Below, one piece after another: positions 20,685-29,653 of a stretch of 36,703 nt of DNA; the stretch's first letter is position 1; each line of letters starts with the position of its first letter. A program made the position numbers and the translations under genes. Origin of the DNA: a virus; IMG/VR virus record IMGVR_UViG_3300028498_000027, positions 1 to 36,703 of that record; one strand, written 5' to 3'. The notes beneath the pieces are model-generated. The model saw only the letters and a program-made list of their open reading frames with translations. It ran no database searches and was not told the origin of the DNA.

Positions 20685-22921
20685 TTACTTAAGTTTGCGG
20701 TTACAGCCGCCCCTGCCTGACCTGCTGCTGGCAACATACCAAGTAGTCTTAACTGCTCGTCGGTCAACCCTAATGACGAGCCTTTAGTAACGGCTGGTTT
20801 CCCATTTATCATTCTAGCCGCCTCGGTTGTATTTCGCCCATTCGCTGCCACATCTGTGATGGTTTTAGCACCACCAGTAATAAGATCAACACCTCGACCA
20901 ACAACAGGTATTCTACTTAGACCACCTGCCACACCTAGCAACTGATTGATAAGCGTACTAGCTGTGTTTGAGTCATTAATGTGCGCCCCTTGTGGGCGTT
21001 GCATCAATATATCACCGACCTTTTGAATGTCGTTAATACGTGCGATTTGCTCAGGACTAAACAACGCCCTCATTCGATTGTTGCCAAACGAGTTGATTGC
21101 TTTGTTGAGCTGCGCGGTACTAAATGCGCCATTGTCTGCGGCTGTGGCTTTAGTTAAAAAGTGCTCAATAGCTGCGCCTTGCAAGTCTGCTAGGTTCTGC
21201 TGACCTTGTGGTGATGCTCTTAGGTCATCAACCAGTTTCAGTAAATCGCGCTCATCAGCTTTCAACACAAACTTATCAAACGCCTTGTCTGGTGCTTTGT
21301 CGTCAAGTGCTGCTTTTAATGCTGGATTACTGTCAAGGTTTTGGAAACGCTCACGCGCTGCACCTCTCGCCTCATTCCAAGCACCTTGCGCCCCTGCTAG
21401 ACCGCCATCACTCGTGCCATTACCTAAACTACCGCTTAGCTCAGCGATTGAGTTATCGACCTCGTTATCTAGGTTTTTACGCACGATAGCGAGAGCTGCA
21501 CGTTCGTTGCCATCAGTGGTGGTTTTTAATCTAGCATTAAGGATTTTAACGATTTCTTCTGACTTACCATGCGTCAGCACAAAATCAGGATTATCAAACA
21601 TACCCTTAAATACACCGCGAATATCGCCTTTTAGGAACGAGCCTAGACCTTGTTCTTCTAGTTCTTTGCTAGTTTGGTCAATAAAGCGCATGTGGTTAAG
21701 CTGTGCGTCATTACCTGACATTTCACGCGCTGCGGTGTACTTTGCGCCAATATCTGCCTGTGCAGCTTCATCGCCTTGTTTTAGTGTTTCAAACGTGGAT
21801 TGCATACGAGTATTGTTATCGACTGGCTGTGCGCCTGTATCGTCTGCGAGTGATTGCCATTTGCTTGTTAATTGCTCGTTGTTGTCGATATGCACGTTGT
21901 TTAGATCGCTATTACTCTTTGCGAGTTCGCGCTCACTGCGCCAGTCGCTAGGGTTGCGGCTAAGCTGTGCTTGCGTGCCTTTGAAGCCGTTTTCATCGAG
22001 TAGTGACTTTCTGACGGCTGCGGCTGCATCAATCTGTTTCGACTTCATTAGATTTTGATTAGCTTCGTTAACTAGGCGTGTTCTTGCGGCTGGACTGACG
22101 CGAACGCCTGTCTCGGTGATTGCGTCATCAACGAGCTTGGTTGCTGCTCGCGTGGTTGCACCTGTCTTATTGGCAGTACGTCTTGCCACTTGTTTGACAG
22201 CCTTGCCAACTGCTTTACCTGCACCGACACCTACAACACCACCAACCGCCCCACCTACTGCGCCAACCGCTGTGTTACCCACTTGCTCGGCTGTGGAGTT
22301 TGCATTGCGTAGCGAGCCGTCTAGACCGCCTATTGCAGCTTCTCGACCTGCAAACGCACCTAACCCCTTTAACCCTGCTGACGGTGCGCCACCTGCGACA
22401 TATAACGGTGCTTTGGCTGCAATATCACCTGCCAACTCGCCCAAATCCATGCCGTCATAACCTGCTTGGTCACGTAGCTGTTCTTTACGTGCGTTCATCG
22501 CCTGTACGTCATCGTCATAGGCTGCGCGGTTATTAGTTGGCAAGTTAGTACCTGCGACGTTATTAATACCACCATACACCTTATCTACAAGGCTGTTATT
22601 AACCTGTGCAACTTTACCGAAGCTATTAGCAACACCTGTCATTGCGCTGTAGTTGGTACTTTTAACTTTATCGGCTAACGTGGGGTTTTTGTTCTTGGTT
22701 CGCGCTTTTGGATCAACTGGCTTGGTGCTGACGCCAAAATACTTGCCTAGTTCTTCAGTAGGTGATAAACCTGCGTCGCGTACTGACTTAATAATCTTTT
22801 GAACGTCTTTGCCAGTCTGACCGTCTAGCTTAGTGATTCCCAAGATGATTTTAGGGGCTGCTGTGCCTTTTCGTTTTTCGGCTGCAACGTAGTCTCTGAT
22901 GCGCTGTTCTGAGTTTGCCAT
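20681..22921 (-). CDS. Large internal virion / DNA-ejection protein
   Basis: 746 aa with Gly/Ala-rich segments. It is the last of four genes occupying the position of P22 ejection proteins gp7/gp20/gp16. ATG at 22921 has an AGGTGA SD. Confidence 0.65.
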   Translation of the reverse strand: MANSEQRIRDYVAAEKRKGTAAPKIILGITKLDGQTGKDVQKIIKSVRDAGLSPTEELGKYFGVSTKPVDPKARTKNKNPTLADKVKSTNYSAMTGVANSFGKVAQVNNSLVDKVYGGINNVAGTNLPTNNRAAYDDDVQAMNARKEQLRDQAGYDGMDLGELAGDIAAKAPLYVAGGAPSAGLKGLGAFAGREAAIGGLDGSLRNANSTAEQVGNTAVGAVGGAVGGVVGVGAGKAVGKAVKQVARRTANKTGATTRAATKLVDDAITETGVRVSPAARTRLVNEANQNLMKSKQIDAAAAVRKSLLDENGFKGTQAQLSRNPSDWRSERELAKSNSDLNNVHIDNNEQLTSKWQSLADDTGAQPVDNNTRMQSTFETLKQGDEAAQADIGAKYTAAREMSGNDAQLNHMRFIDQTSKELEEQGLGSFLKGDIRGVFKGMFDNPDFVLTHGKSEEIVKILNARLKTTTDGNERAALAIVRKNLDNEVDNSIAELSGSLGNGTSDGGLAGAQGAWNEARGAARERFQNLDSNPALKAALDDKAPDKAFDKFVLKADERDLLKLVDDLRASPQGQQNLADLQGAAIEHFLTKATAADNGAFSTAQLNKAINSFGNNRMRALFSPEQIARINDIQKVGDILMQRPQGAHINDSNTASTLINQLLGVAGGLSRIPVVGRGVDLITGGAKTITDVAANGRNTTEAARMINGKPAVTKGSSLGLTDEQLRLLGMLPAAGQAGAAVTANLSN

Positions 22922-23868
22922 GTGTCACCTGCTTGTGTTGGCTGCGGTTCATCTAAAGTAAGGTTTGCCATGAAATCATCATAGTTTTCGCCAATATCAG
23001 GCAATTGCTGTTCTTGCTGTGGCTCATCGGTCTGTAAGCGCGACATGAAATCATCGTAACCGTCGCCTATGTCGGGTAGTTGTGTTTCAGGCGCGGATTG
23101 CTCACCAATATTAGCCATAAAATCATCATAACTGCCACCAATATCAGGTAGTTCGTATTCAGGCTCTTGCTGTGCAATCGATACGTTTAGACCTAAATCC
23201 TTTGCAATATCACTAAGATTTGCGCCTTTACTGATTAGGTAATTAACTTCACGACCTGCCAAACCATTGTTGTTGGCAAGCTCCATAAATATCTCATTGT
23301 CACTGCGCTTGCCTTTGCCTTTACGTAGAGTAGCAAGTAAATCAGGCGCAGACATGGATAGCCTCGGATCAACTTGCGGTTGCTGTTGTGATGGTTGATA
23401 ATCACCGCCTAAAAACTTATTGACTGTTTTCCATGACTTTGTTGGCTGACTGTAGCTTGCTGGGGCTGTTGGTAATGACGCCCAAGTACGGCCTGACTTT
23501 CTCACCGCGCCTGTCATATCGCCTTTTAGAATATCACCTAACGCGCCATTTTGAGCGAGTAAGGCAACCGCACCTAAGTCTTGATTGCGTGGGCTAAAGT
23601 CATTCAATCCATACTGACGCGCTACACCATCCCATGTGCTAGATAGGAATTGATAGCGACCTGCTGCACTGGTTTTGTTAGTTTTTCCGTTCTGTTGAGT
23701 AAATGACTTCATATAGCGCGGATGGTCATTAAGACTACCAAGACGACCACCACCAAACGCTGTTCGGTAACCGTTACCCTCCGTACCCTCTGTATGAGCA
23801 ATCAAATCTAAAAACTGGCGTACTTTAGGGTTATTTAATGCTTGCTCTAACTGCTTGCGTGTAGCCAT
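22825..23868 (-). CDS. Virion-associated lytic transglycosylase (lambda R-like GH104 domain) with C-terminal LPDIG repeats
   Basis: FLDLIAHTEGT, AGRYQFLSSTWDGVARQYGLNDFSPRNQD and TWASLP parallel lambda R FLDMLAWSEGT, AGRYQLLSRWWDAYRKQLGLKDFSPKSQD and IWASLP. It lies within the ejection-protein block. Confidence 0.85.
   Translation of the reverse strand: MATRKQLEQALNNPKVRQFLDLIAHTEGTEGNGYRTAFGGGRLGSLNDHPRYMKSFTQQNGKTNKTSAAGRYQFLSSTWDGVARQYGLNDFSPRNQDLGAVALLAQNGALGDILKGDMTGAVRKSGRTWASLPTAPASYSQPTKSWKTVNKFLGGDYQPSQQQPQVDPRLSMSAPDLLATLRKGKGKRSDNEIFMELANNNGLAGREVNYLISKGANLSDIAKDLGLNVSIAQQEPEYELPDIGGSYDDFMANIGEQSAPETQLPDIGDGYDDFMSRLQTDEPQQEQQLPDIGENYDDFMANLTLDEPQPTQAGDTWQTQNSASETTLQPKNEKAQQPLKSSWESLS
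22969..23151 (-). repeat. Three in-frame coding repeats (period 72-75 nt) encoding LPDIG..YDDFM
   Basis: 36-nt cores at 22969..23004, 23044..23079 and 23116..23151. They translate LPDIGGSYDDFMA, LPDIGDGYDDFMS and LPDIGENYDDFMA. Confidence 0.9.
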
Positions 23869-25355
23869 TATTTACTCCCTAAAATACCGCCAATGATTGA
23901 CGCGCCTTTACCGCCTTTCTTTGACGATTGAGGCTTGCTATTGGTGCGAGCGCCTGACCCATACTCAGGCAATATCACCCCGTCATATTCTCGCTTGTAG
24001 TCTGCATAACTAGAGTATTCTGCTCTATTTTTTGAGTCAAAATCCCTGACGATTTTAGTAAGCAGTGCTACAGCCGTCTTGTTGTTTCTTGGTATGTACG
24101 TCCCTGCTTGCATTTCCTCCAATGCTCGCTTGTAGTCCATATCAGTTTGCACACCTGCGTTTAAGCGCAATGCATCCGATGCGAGTTTCACCATATTGGA
24201 TTTAAATTCAGCATAAGCTGCTGGATTGCCGCCAAGTGAATCAACACCCGTGCGATTGGCAAGCGAGTTCATGCTATTAGCCATAGCACCAAGATTTAGC
24301 TCACCACTTTGGATTTTTTGAACCCATGTTGCAGCATTTCTAATTGTGTAGGCATTGCTCTTGATGTTCGTTAAATGCTTACTCATTTCTTTTGTGGCAG
24401 CTACCGCTCTAGGCTTTCTGTTTGCTTGTGGATTATCAATTTTTTGCTGTGCCTGTGAAACTTTTGCCCAACCTATTTTGCCGTCTTGGTCTAGCTTCAA
24501 CCGTCTATCTTGGCTATCTACATCGGTATTGTAACGAGTGTCTGCGCTGCGAACGTTTGTACCGTACACGCTAGCATTGTAAGTATTGTCAGATACATAC
24601 TCACGAGTGGTGTTATCCGCCGTATTGGTAGTTAATTTTGTTTGATTGTCTAATACGTTATCAGGCGTCGCGCCTTTGGTGATTTGTGCATTTGGTGCGT
24701 TTTGCTCGCCAGTAAATGCGTTATTTGTGACGCTATAAATCTTATCGCCAGCATCTATTGTGTCGCTTGTAGGCTTAAATAACTTAGCCAGTTCAGGATT
24801 TGCCATTACCATTGATTGCATGACTTTTGCAGCATTGGTTGGATCGGTTGTTATCAGCTTGAGCATTGCATCTGTGCGCTCAGGTGTAATCAATCCTTGT
24901 CTGGTCATTTCACCTAAGCCAAGCGCAAACAGTTTTGGGTCTTGCGTGACAGCCAGTGCTGATATGTCGTTTTGAATACCTGCTGTGTTTTCTCTTACTA
25001 CACCTGTTGTTTCAGCACCTATTTTGCCTGACTCAGCATTGAGCTTGCTTGTTTCTCCATAGGTTTTGCCAATATCAGCACTAGCGCCTAAGTTATCAAG
25101 CGCAGCCTTTTGCCTTGCTTCTTCGTACTTTTGCAGCTCGGGCACTAACGCCCCTGCATACTTATGGGTGCGAGCCTTTGCGATGCGCTCGTTAAAGTCC
25201 TCAATACCCATCAGCTCGTTAAGCGCTTTTGTCTGCTGCCGACCTTCGTATTCTTGACGTAGTTTTTGACCATCGCGGAATTGGTCAGCCCATCCGCTAG
25301 TATCGACTACTGCTTGACCGCCTAGCAATGCTGCGTTGTTGACTGCCATTACCAT
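23868..25355 (-). CDS. Internal virion / ejection protein (hypothetical)
   Basis: 495 aa with an AGGAG SD, placed within the ejection-protein block. No enzymatic motif recognised. Confidence 0.6.
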   Translation of the reverse strand: MVMAVNNAALLGGQAVVDTSGWADQFRDGQKLRQEYEGRQQTKALNELMGIEDFNERIAKARTHKYAGALVPELQKYEEARQKAALDNLGASADIGKTYGETSKLNAESGKIGAETTGVVRENTAGIQNDISALAVTQDPKLFALGLGEMTRQGLITPERTDAMLKLITTDPTNAAKVMQSMVMANPELAKLFKPTSDTIDAGDKIYSVTNNAFTGEQNAPNAQITKGATPDNVLDNQTKLTTNTADNTTREYVSDNTYNASVYGTNVRSADTRYNTDVDSQDRRLKLDQDGKIGWAKVSQAQQKIDNPQANRKPRAVAATKEMSKHLTNIKSNAYTIRNAATWVQKIQSGELNLGAMANSMNSLANRTGVDSLGGNPAAYAEFKSNMVKLASDALRLNAGVQTDMDYKRALEEMQAGTYIPRNNKTAVALLTKIVRDFDSKNRAEYSSYADYKREYDGVILPEYGSGARTNSKPQSSKKGGKGASIIGGILGSK

Positions 25356-25366
25356 ATCTTGTACTC

Positions 25367-26128
25367 CTAGATGAACATACCGCCAGCTTTCATGCCAAGC
25401 CCAATAAGATTGTTAATGCCCTGTATTTTTGATGATGCAGCACCTATCAAGCCGTTAGCCTGTGCGTTTGCGCCATTAATAGCAGCATCGCCCTGTGTTG
25501 CAGCGTTCTGTGCGCCAAACTGACCAAGCGTGTTAGCTGTCTGCTGACCAACACCCGCCATGTTTGCAAGCTGATTGTAGAGGCGCGAATCTTCGTTGCT
25601 GAACAGCTGATAGTCTTGTGAACGGTTGCCGCTTAATGTGCTCATAAGGTTCTGCTTTTCCGCTTGGTCACGACTCCATGCATTACCGTATTCTTGACTT
25701 GCTAAGTCGCTGTTGTACTGGTTTAGGCTTTTAAGTGCTGCACCTGATAACAAGCTACCGCTAGCTGCTGCGCTTGACTGAATACCGTCCATACCTTCTT
25801 GCTTGCGGAATTGATACGATGGGTCATTTTGAAAGTTGTTTGGATCAAGACCGCCTGTTAGCTGTCCGTTTTGATAAGCGGATTCAATACGACCGCCCCA
25901 TTTGTCGTTGTAGTCAGCGCTGTTATCGACATACTGCGTTAAATCGCCTAGTGCATTTTTACCTGCTGTTAGCCACGGCATTTGGTCTTTTCGTGTCTGC
26001 TCGTACTGCTTTTGGCTAATATCGGCTGCATACTTGCTAGAGTCAGCCTGTAGTTGACCTGCATCTGTCGCGGCCTTTGCGCCTGTCTTGCCTGTAATGC
26101 CGTTAAATACGTCTTTGACAAAACTCAT
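25367..26128 (-). CDS. Internal virion / ejection protein (hypothetical, Gly/Gln/Ala-rich)
   Basis: 253 aa, low-complexity and rich in G/Q/A/N. Its start overlaps the GNAT gene stop by 4 nt. Confidence 0.55.
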   Translation of the reverse strand: MSFVKDVFNGITGKTGAKAATDAGQLQADSSKYAADISQKQYEQTRKDQMPWLTAGKNALGDLTQYVDNSADYNDKWGGRIESAYQNGQLTGGLDPNNFQNDPSYQFRKQEGMDGIQSSAAASGSLLSGAALKSLNQYNSDLASQEYGNAWSRDQAEKQNLMSTLSGNRSQDYQLFSNEDSRLYNQLANMAGVGQQTANTLGQFGAQNAATQGDAAINGANAQANGLIGAASSKIQGINNLIGLGMKAGGMFI

Positions 26129-26559
26129 GATTGCACCTCACAAAAATAAAGCCGCTCAAGCGGCCTAAAGTTATTCTTTTCTAAAAATCCACCAATGGGC
26201 GCACTATCACGACTTGCCGCATACCAGTAATTCACACCCATTCGCTTTAATCGATGCTTGATACCCTTGATAAAATAAGCGCTATTACCTCTATGCCCAG
26301 GCTTTACCCATAGCACATCGGTTGATGCGTCGATAATCGATTGATTGCGTAGTGATGGGCTGATAAACAGCAATGCTACCGCCTTTACTTCGTCACTGTC
26401 GTCATCTGTCCAGATGAACGGCTTTAGCACACCCATTTCGTCAAGTTCACAGTACCGCTCAACTGGAATGTCAACCGTCTGCGGCTCAAGGTGCAACATA
26501 TCCATCATCATTGACGTTATTTCATCTTGATAGTCTGCGAATTTGACTTGTTTAATCAT
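26125..26559 (-). CDS. GNAT-family N-acetyltransferase (tentative)
   Basis: 144 aa. VLWVKPGHRGNSAYFIKGIKHRLKRMGV fits GNAT motif A (V.P..RG.G....L........G). It has 4-nt overlaps with both virion-module neighbours. Confidence 0.55.
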   Translation of the reverse strand: MIKQVKFADYQDEITSMMMDMLHLEPQTVDIPVERYCELDEMGVLKPFIWTDDDSDEVKAVALLFISPSLRNQSIIDASTDVLWVKPGHRGNSAYFIKGIKHRLKRMGVNYWYAASRDSAPIGGFLEKNNFRPLERLYFCEVQS

Positions 26560-26879
26560 GTGAACGTCACCCCACTGACCACAATAACAGCGCCTTCACC
26601 TGTCGCTTGTATGCTCATACCTGCGCTAAGCGTGTGATTGACAAGCTCAGGGCATGGATAGCTTTCAGACTCTTGCAACGTGCGCGATAGCATCTGACTT
26701 GCTGCATCTGCTGTGCTTGACTGGTTGACGTAATAGATTTTTACGTTGATCGGTGCGTCTGTTGGGTTATGAATGGTGCAGCCCATGATTTGAGCTGATA
26801 GTTTGTCTGTTACGGTGTAAAGTGGATTTGCTGTAGCAGTCATCACTTGCGGTGCTACTAATAATCTACGCTTAATCAT
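26556..26879 (-). CDS. Hypothetical virion-module protein
   Basis: 107-aa ORF, translationally coupled at both ends. Confidence 0.55.
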   Translation of the reverse strand: MIKRRLLVAPQVMTATANPLYTVTDKLSAQIMGCTIHNPTDAPINVKIYYVNQSSTADAASQMLSRTLQESESYPCPELVNHTLSAGMSIQATGEGAVIVVSGVTFT

Positions 26880-27235
26880 ACGTTAAGCCCCCATATTTGT
26901 TGGTCATAAAGTTGCTGCTCAATCGCTGACATTAGCGCGTAAGGGTTATTTTCTGTTGGTTCGTCATGGCTCATGCTGAGCGCGACATTGTTTATTTGCT
27001 CATCAGGCATGACGACTGGCGCAACATAGGTCGATAGCTCGTCACTATTCAGATAAGACGCGATACTTGCGACACCTATGCTTAAAACATCTGCATCGTC
27101 GCCTTTCTCAATCGTGCCTGACGATATGACGTTGTTGTTTAGGCGCATCAGCTCATTGATAAAAACAAGCCATTCCTGCGTGACAAAGCCGTTTGCAGCG
27201 ACCATCTGTGACTGTGGTATTTTCAACTGTTGCAT
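26876..27235 (-). CDS. Hypothetical virion-module protein (at the position of a tail plug or needle)
   Basis: 119-aa ORF directly after the gp10-like gene. I see no similarity to P22 gp26. Confidence 0.5.
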   Translation of the reverse strand: MQQLKIPQSQMVAANGFVTQEWLVFINELMRLNNNVISSGTIEKGDDADVLSIGVASIASYLNSDELSTYVAPVVMPDEQINNVALSMSHDEPTENNPYALMSAIEQQLYDQQIWGLNV

Positions 27236-28650
27236 CAGCTCACCTCTAGTTCTGCGCCTGTAATAACAAGCATGGCAGCATCGGTCACACGTATGCGATA
27301 AGCACGATTGCGACTTGCACCAAGCCTTGTCCAGAACGTGCGCTTTTTATGCTGTCCACGCTTACCAAGACCGCGCCAACGAGTGTCCGACCAACTCACA
27401 CCGTCATCATCCGACCATGAAAGCATTACCTGTGGGTCGTAGGCGCTGTTTACCGCGCCTGTGGCTTGCTGTGCTATCAATGTTAAGCGGTTATGCCTAA
27501 CCATGCCTTGAGTGCGACTGACAGCGTGTGTGCTGCGTTCTCGTACCTGCGGCAACGACTCGTCACCGATAACGTCCATATAGTCGCTGCTATTGGTCAT
27601 GAGCGTTATTTGGTCAACGTGGGCGAATATGTGACGGCCTTTGCGCATAGCGTGGTATTGGCTAGGGTGTCGTACAAACTCACCATTACGGAATAAGGCG
27701 CGTTCATGCCATAAGCCAGTTGCACCATCAAACACCCATGTCTTGTTAGCGCGCGGGATGTTTAACACGTAAAAGCTATGGCCTGTTTCTTGATAGACGT
27801 ATGCGCTTGCATCTGTCGTATCGTAGGTTGACAGCTCTTTTTCTAATGCGTGGTTGCTGATGCGCTGCACCTGATAACCTTGCGTCATAACGACTTGAGA
27901 ATTGCCATTGATGCTATTTGACAGCCAAACTAGCGACTCACCGAACCGCTGGATAGTCTGCGGTAGCAAACACCCTGCATTGATTGCTGCACCTTGCATC
28001 GGTAAAAATGCGGCATTGTCATCGCCTGTTGCATACCATATTTCTGTTGATGTATCGCCAAACACCCATAGTTGTTTTTGGTGCGCCTGAATGGCGGTAA
28101 CGTTATCAGGACTCGCTTCTGCTGTGGCAAAGTTAAGTGGATCAATATTGGTGCTTAACACGTCAGTCCAAAATATCTGACCAGTACCACGACGGTTAAA
28201 GATAAAACGCTGTGCTAGCGTTGTCACATCATCGGCAGGATAGAGTAATTGCGCTCCATACTGCGCCCATTCACCGCTAAGCATATCTAAGGTGTAAACA
28301 GTGCTGTCACTCACAAAACAAGCAAACTGACTGTTCTCAGCGATAATAACAGGCTTGTCACCGTCAATATAAACATCAGGCATCGGCTCGAATGTATCAT
28401 CTAGCTTGTAAAGATCATGCCCATACACTGCATACAGACTGCCATTAGACAAGGCGGTAAAACCTCGGCATATAGCAGCCGTATTGTCACCGTATAGTGT
28501 TTTCATAGCTGGCGTAGGTAGTAAGGCGCTAACTGTCTTATCACTACCCTGCGTGACCTCTGGGTAAAGATTGATGCACGTTTGACAGCCTATGACGCTA
28601 TTTGGGTCTTTGTAAGCACCGCCAACGATAGGTAGGTTAATAGAAGCCAT
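27235..28650 (-). CDS. P22 gp10-like tail accessory / packaged-DNA stabilisation protein
   Basis: 471 aa. The C-terminal RTFWTRLGASRNRAYRIRVTDAAMLVITGAELEVS parallels the P22 gp10 end RVLWKRVGRIRRLIGFKLRVITKSPVTLSGCQIRLE. It follows the gp4-like gene. Confidence 0.75.
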   Translation of the reverse strand: MASINLPIVGGAYKDPNSVIGCQTCINLYPEVTQGSDKTVSALLPTPAMKTLYGDNTAAICRGFTALSNGSLYAVYGHDLYKLDDTFEPMPDVYIDGDKPVIIAENSQFACFVSDSTVYTLDMLSGEWAQYGAQLLYPADDVTTLAQRFIFNRRGTGQIFWTDVLSTNIDPLNFATAEASPDNVTAIQAHQKQLWVFGDTSTEIWYATGDDNAAFLPMQGAAINAGCLLPQTIQRFGESLVWLSNSINGNSQVVMTQGYQVQRISNHALEKELSTYDTTDASAYVYQETGHSFYVLNIPRANKTWVFDGATGLWHERALFRNGEFVRHPSQYHAMRKGRHIFAHVDQITLMTNSSDYMDVIGDESLPQVRERSTHAVSRTQGMVRHNRLTLIAQQATGAVNSAYDPQVMLSWSDDDGVSWSDTRWRGLGKRGQHKKRTFWTRLGASRNRAYRIRVTDAAMLVITGAELEVS

Positions 28651-29026
28651 ATCGGTTGCACCCTAGCGGCAATTGCGAGCATGAGTAAACAGGCTTAGTG
28701 TTTGAGTGCTTAACCACAGTCATTGCTCGCGCTTGCTGACGTAGTAGTGATGCTGACGGCTCAATACCGTAATCGGGTGCTAAGTCCACAGCCAAGCCCA
28801 AGATAATGAGCCGCTGTAAGCTGTCAATCATCGGTATGTCGGTATCAAGCTCGATAGGTAGATATAAATCAACTGGCATATCGATTAGTGATTGCAGCTC
28901 GTACTCACTCAGCAAGCCGTTAAGCGTATCTAGCGCTGTCGCTGCATCGTCATACGGCACTTCTTCACCTGTCGCATAGACACCAAGCCGTGTTAATGCT
29001 GCTCTGATTATCTCGGTTGCTTTCAT
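28637..29026 (-). CDS. P22 gp4-like head-to-tail adaptor protein
   Basis: 129 aa. The N-terminal EIIRAALTRLGV parallels P22 gp4 DLVRAALRKLGV. Its position between the head genes and the gp10-like gene is as expected. Confidence 0.7.
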   Translation of the reverse strand: MKATEIIRAALTRLGVYATGEEVPYDDAATALDTLNGLLSEYELQSLIDMPVDLYLPIELDTDIPMIDSLQRLIILGLAVDLAPDYGIEPSASLLRQQARAMTVVKHSNTKPVYSCSQLPLGCNRYGFY

Positions 29027-29030
29027 ATGG

Positions 29031-29573
29031 TTACTCGCTGTCTTTAGCCTTCTGAATTAGCGCGTCTTTGCTGTCACGTTCGACAAAATCAACGTCACGC
29101 TGCTCAAGCAATGATTTCAGCTCGTCTTTGGTCATTTCATCGTATGACACGACACCATCACCGTTTACGTCTTTGCTTTCTTCGTAGATTGCTAGTTTGG
29201 CTTTTAGGTCTGCGACTTCCTGCGTATCGTCATACGGTAAGTTTGGTCTGTCTGACAACTCAGCCCTTAGCGTGTCGATATGCTCATGGTTAGCAGCAAT
29301 TGATTTGTCTTTGCTTTCAACCTGACCTTTTAGATCAAGAATCTCACCATCTTTAACGTCAATCGCGTTTTCTAGCAATTCGATGTGCTCATAGGCTTCT
29401 GCTAATTGGTCTTGCTCGTCGTTAGTTTCTTGCTCGTCAGCTTTCGGTTCAATCTTCACTGCTTCTGCATGAGTGATATAACCGCGCTCTGTCAGCTTGT
29501 CGTACTCATCGTCATCATGTGCGATTGCATGGCTATTTAAGCCGCCTAGATAAAGCATTACTGGATAGTCCAT
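29031..29573 (-). CDS. Hypothetical acidic coiled-coil protein with an EF-hand-like loop and a C-terminal HeH/SAP-like motif
   Basis: The preferred start is ATG at 29573, giving MDYPVMLYLGG... The track start is 29633. DVNGDGVVSYDE (29136..29171) fits the 12-residue EF-hand loop D-x-N-x-D-G-x-V-x-x-x-E. It is followed by MTKDELKSLLEQRDVDF...DALIQKA. Confidence 0.6.
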   Translation of the reverse strand: MDYPVMLYLGGLNSHAIAHDDDEYDKLTERGYITHAEAVKIEPKADEQETNDEQDQLAEAYEHIELLENAIDVKDGEILDLKGQVESKDKSIAANHEHIDTLRAELSDRPNLPYDDTQEVADLKAKLAIYEESKDVNGDGVVSYDEMTKDELKSLLEQRDVDFVERDSKDALIQKAKDSE

Positions 29574-29653
29574 GTGTAAACCTCGTTTGTTGGTTAAATC
29601 TATCGCAATATACACCGACCTAAGCCAGTGCATATAACTATAAATCTAGTGGT

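Noticed and set aside
21285-22058. A 257-aa plus-strand ORF antisense to the 746-aa ejection-protein gene, together with further plus-strand ORFs at 21208-21489, 21703-21951, 22116-22460 and 22300-22536.
   Set aside because: These are shadow ORFs of a Gly/Ala-rich gene. Their translations are Ser/Leu/Pro/Ala low-complexity strings. They have no SD sequences and lie entirely inside a well-supported gene on the other strand.
22825-22921. A programmed -1 ribosomal frameshift fusing the GH104 protein to the 746-aa protein.
   Set aside because: The overlap contains no canonical X_XXY_YYZ heptamer and no obvious downstream stimulatory structure, and the downstream gene has its own SD and ATG. It is retained only as an unusual overlap.
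22969-23151. Regularly spaced ~36-nt repeats that could be mistaken for a CRISPR-like or other non-coding array.
   Set aside because: There are only three copies. They are imperfect, in frame and conserved at the amino-acid level inside a long ORF, so they are coding repeats. No CRISPR array is seen anywhere in the window.
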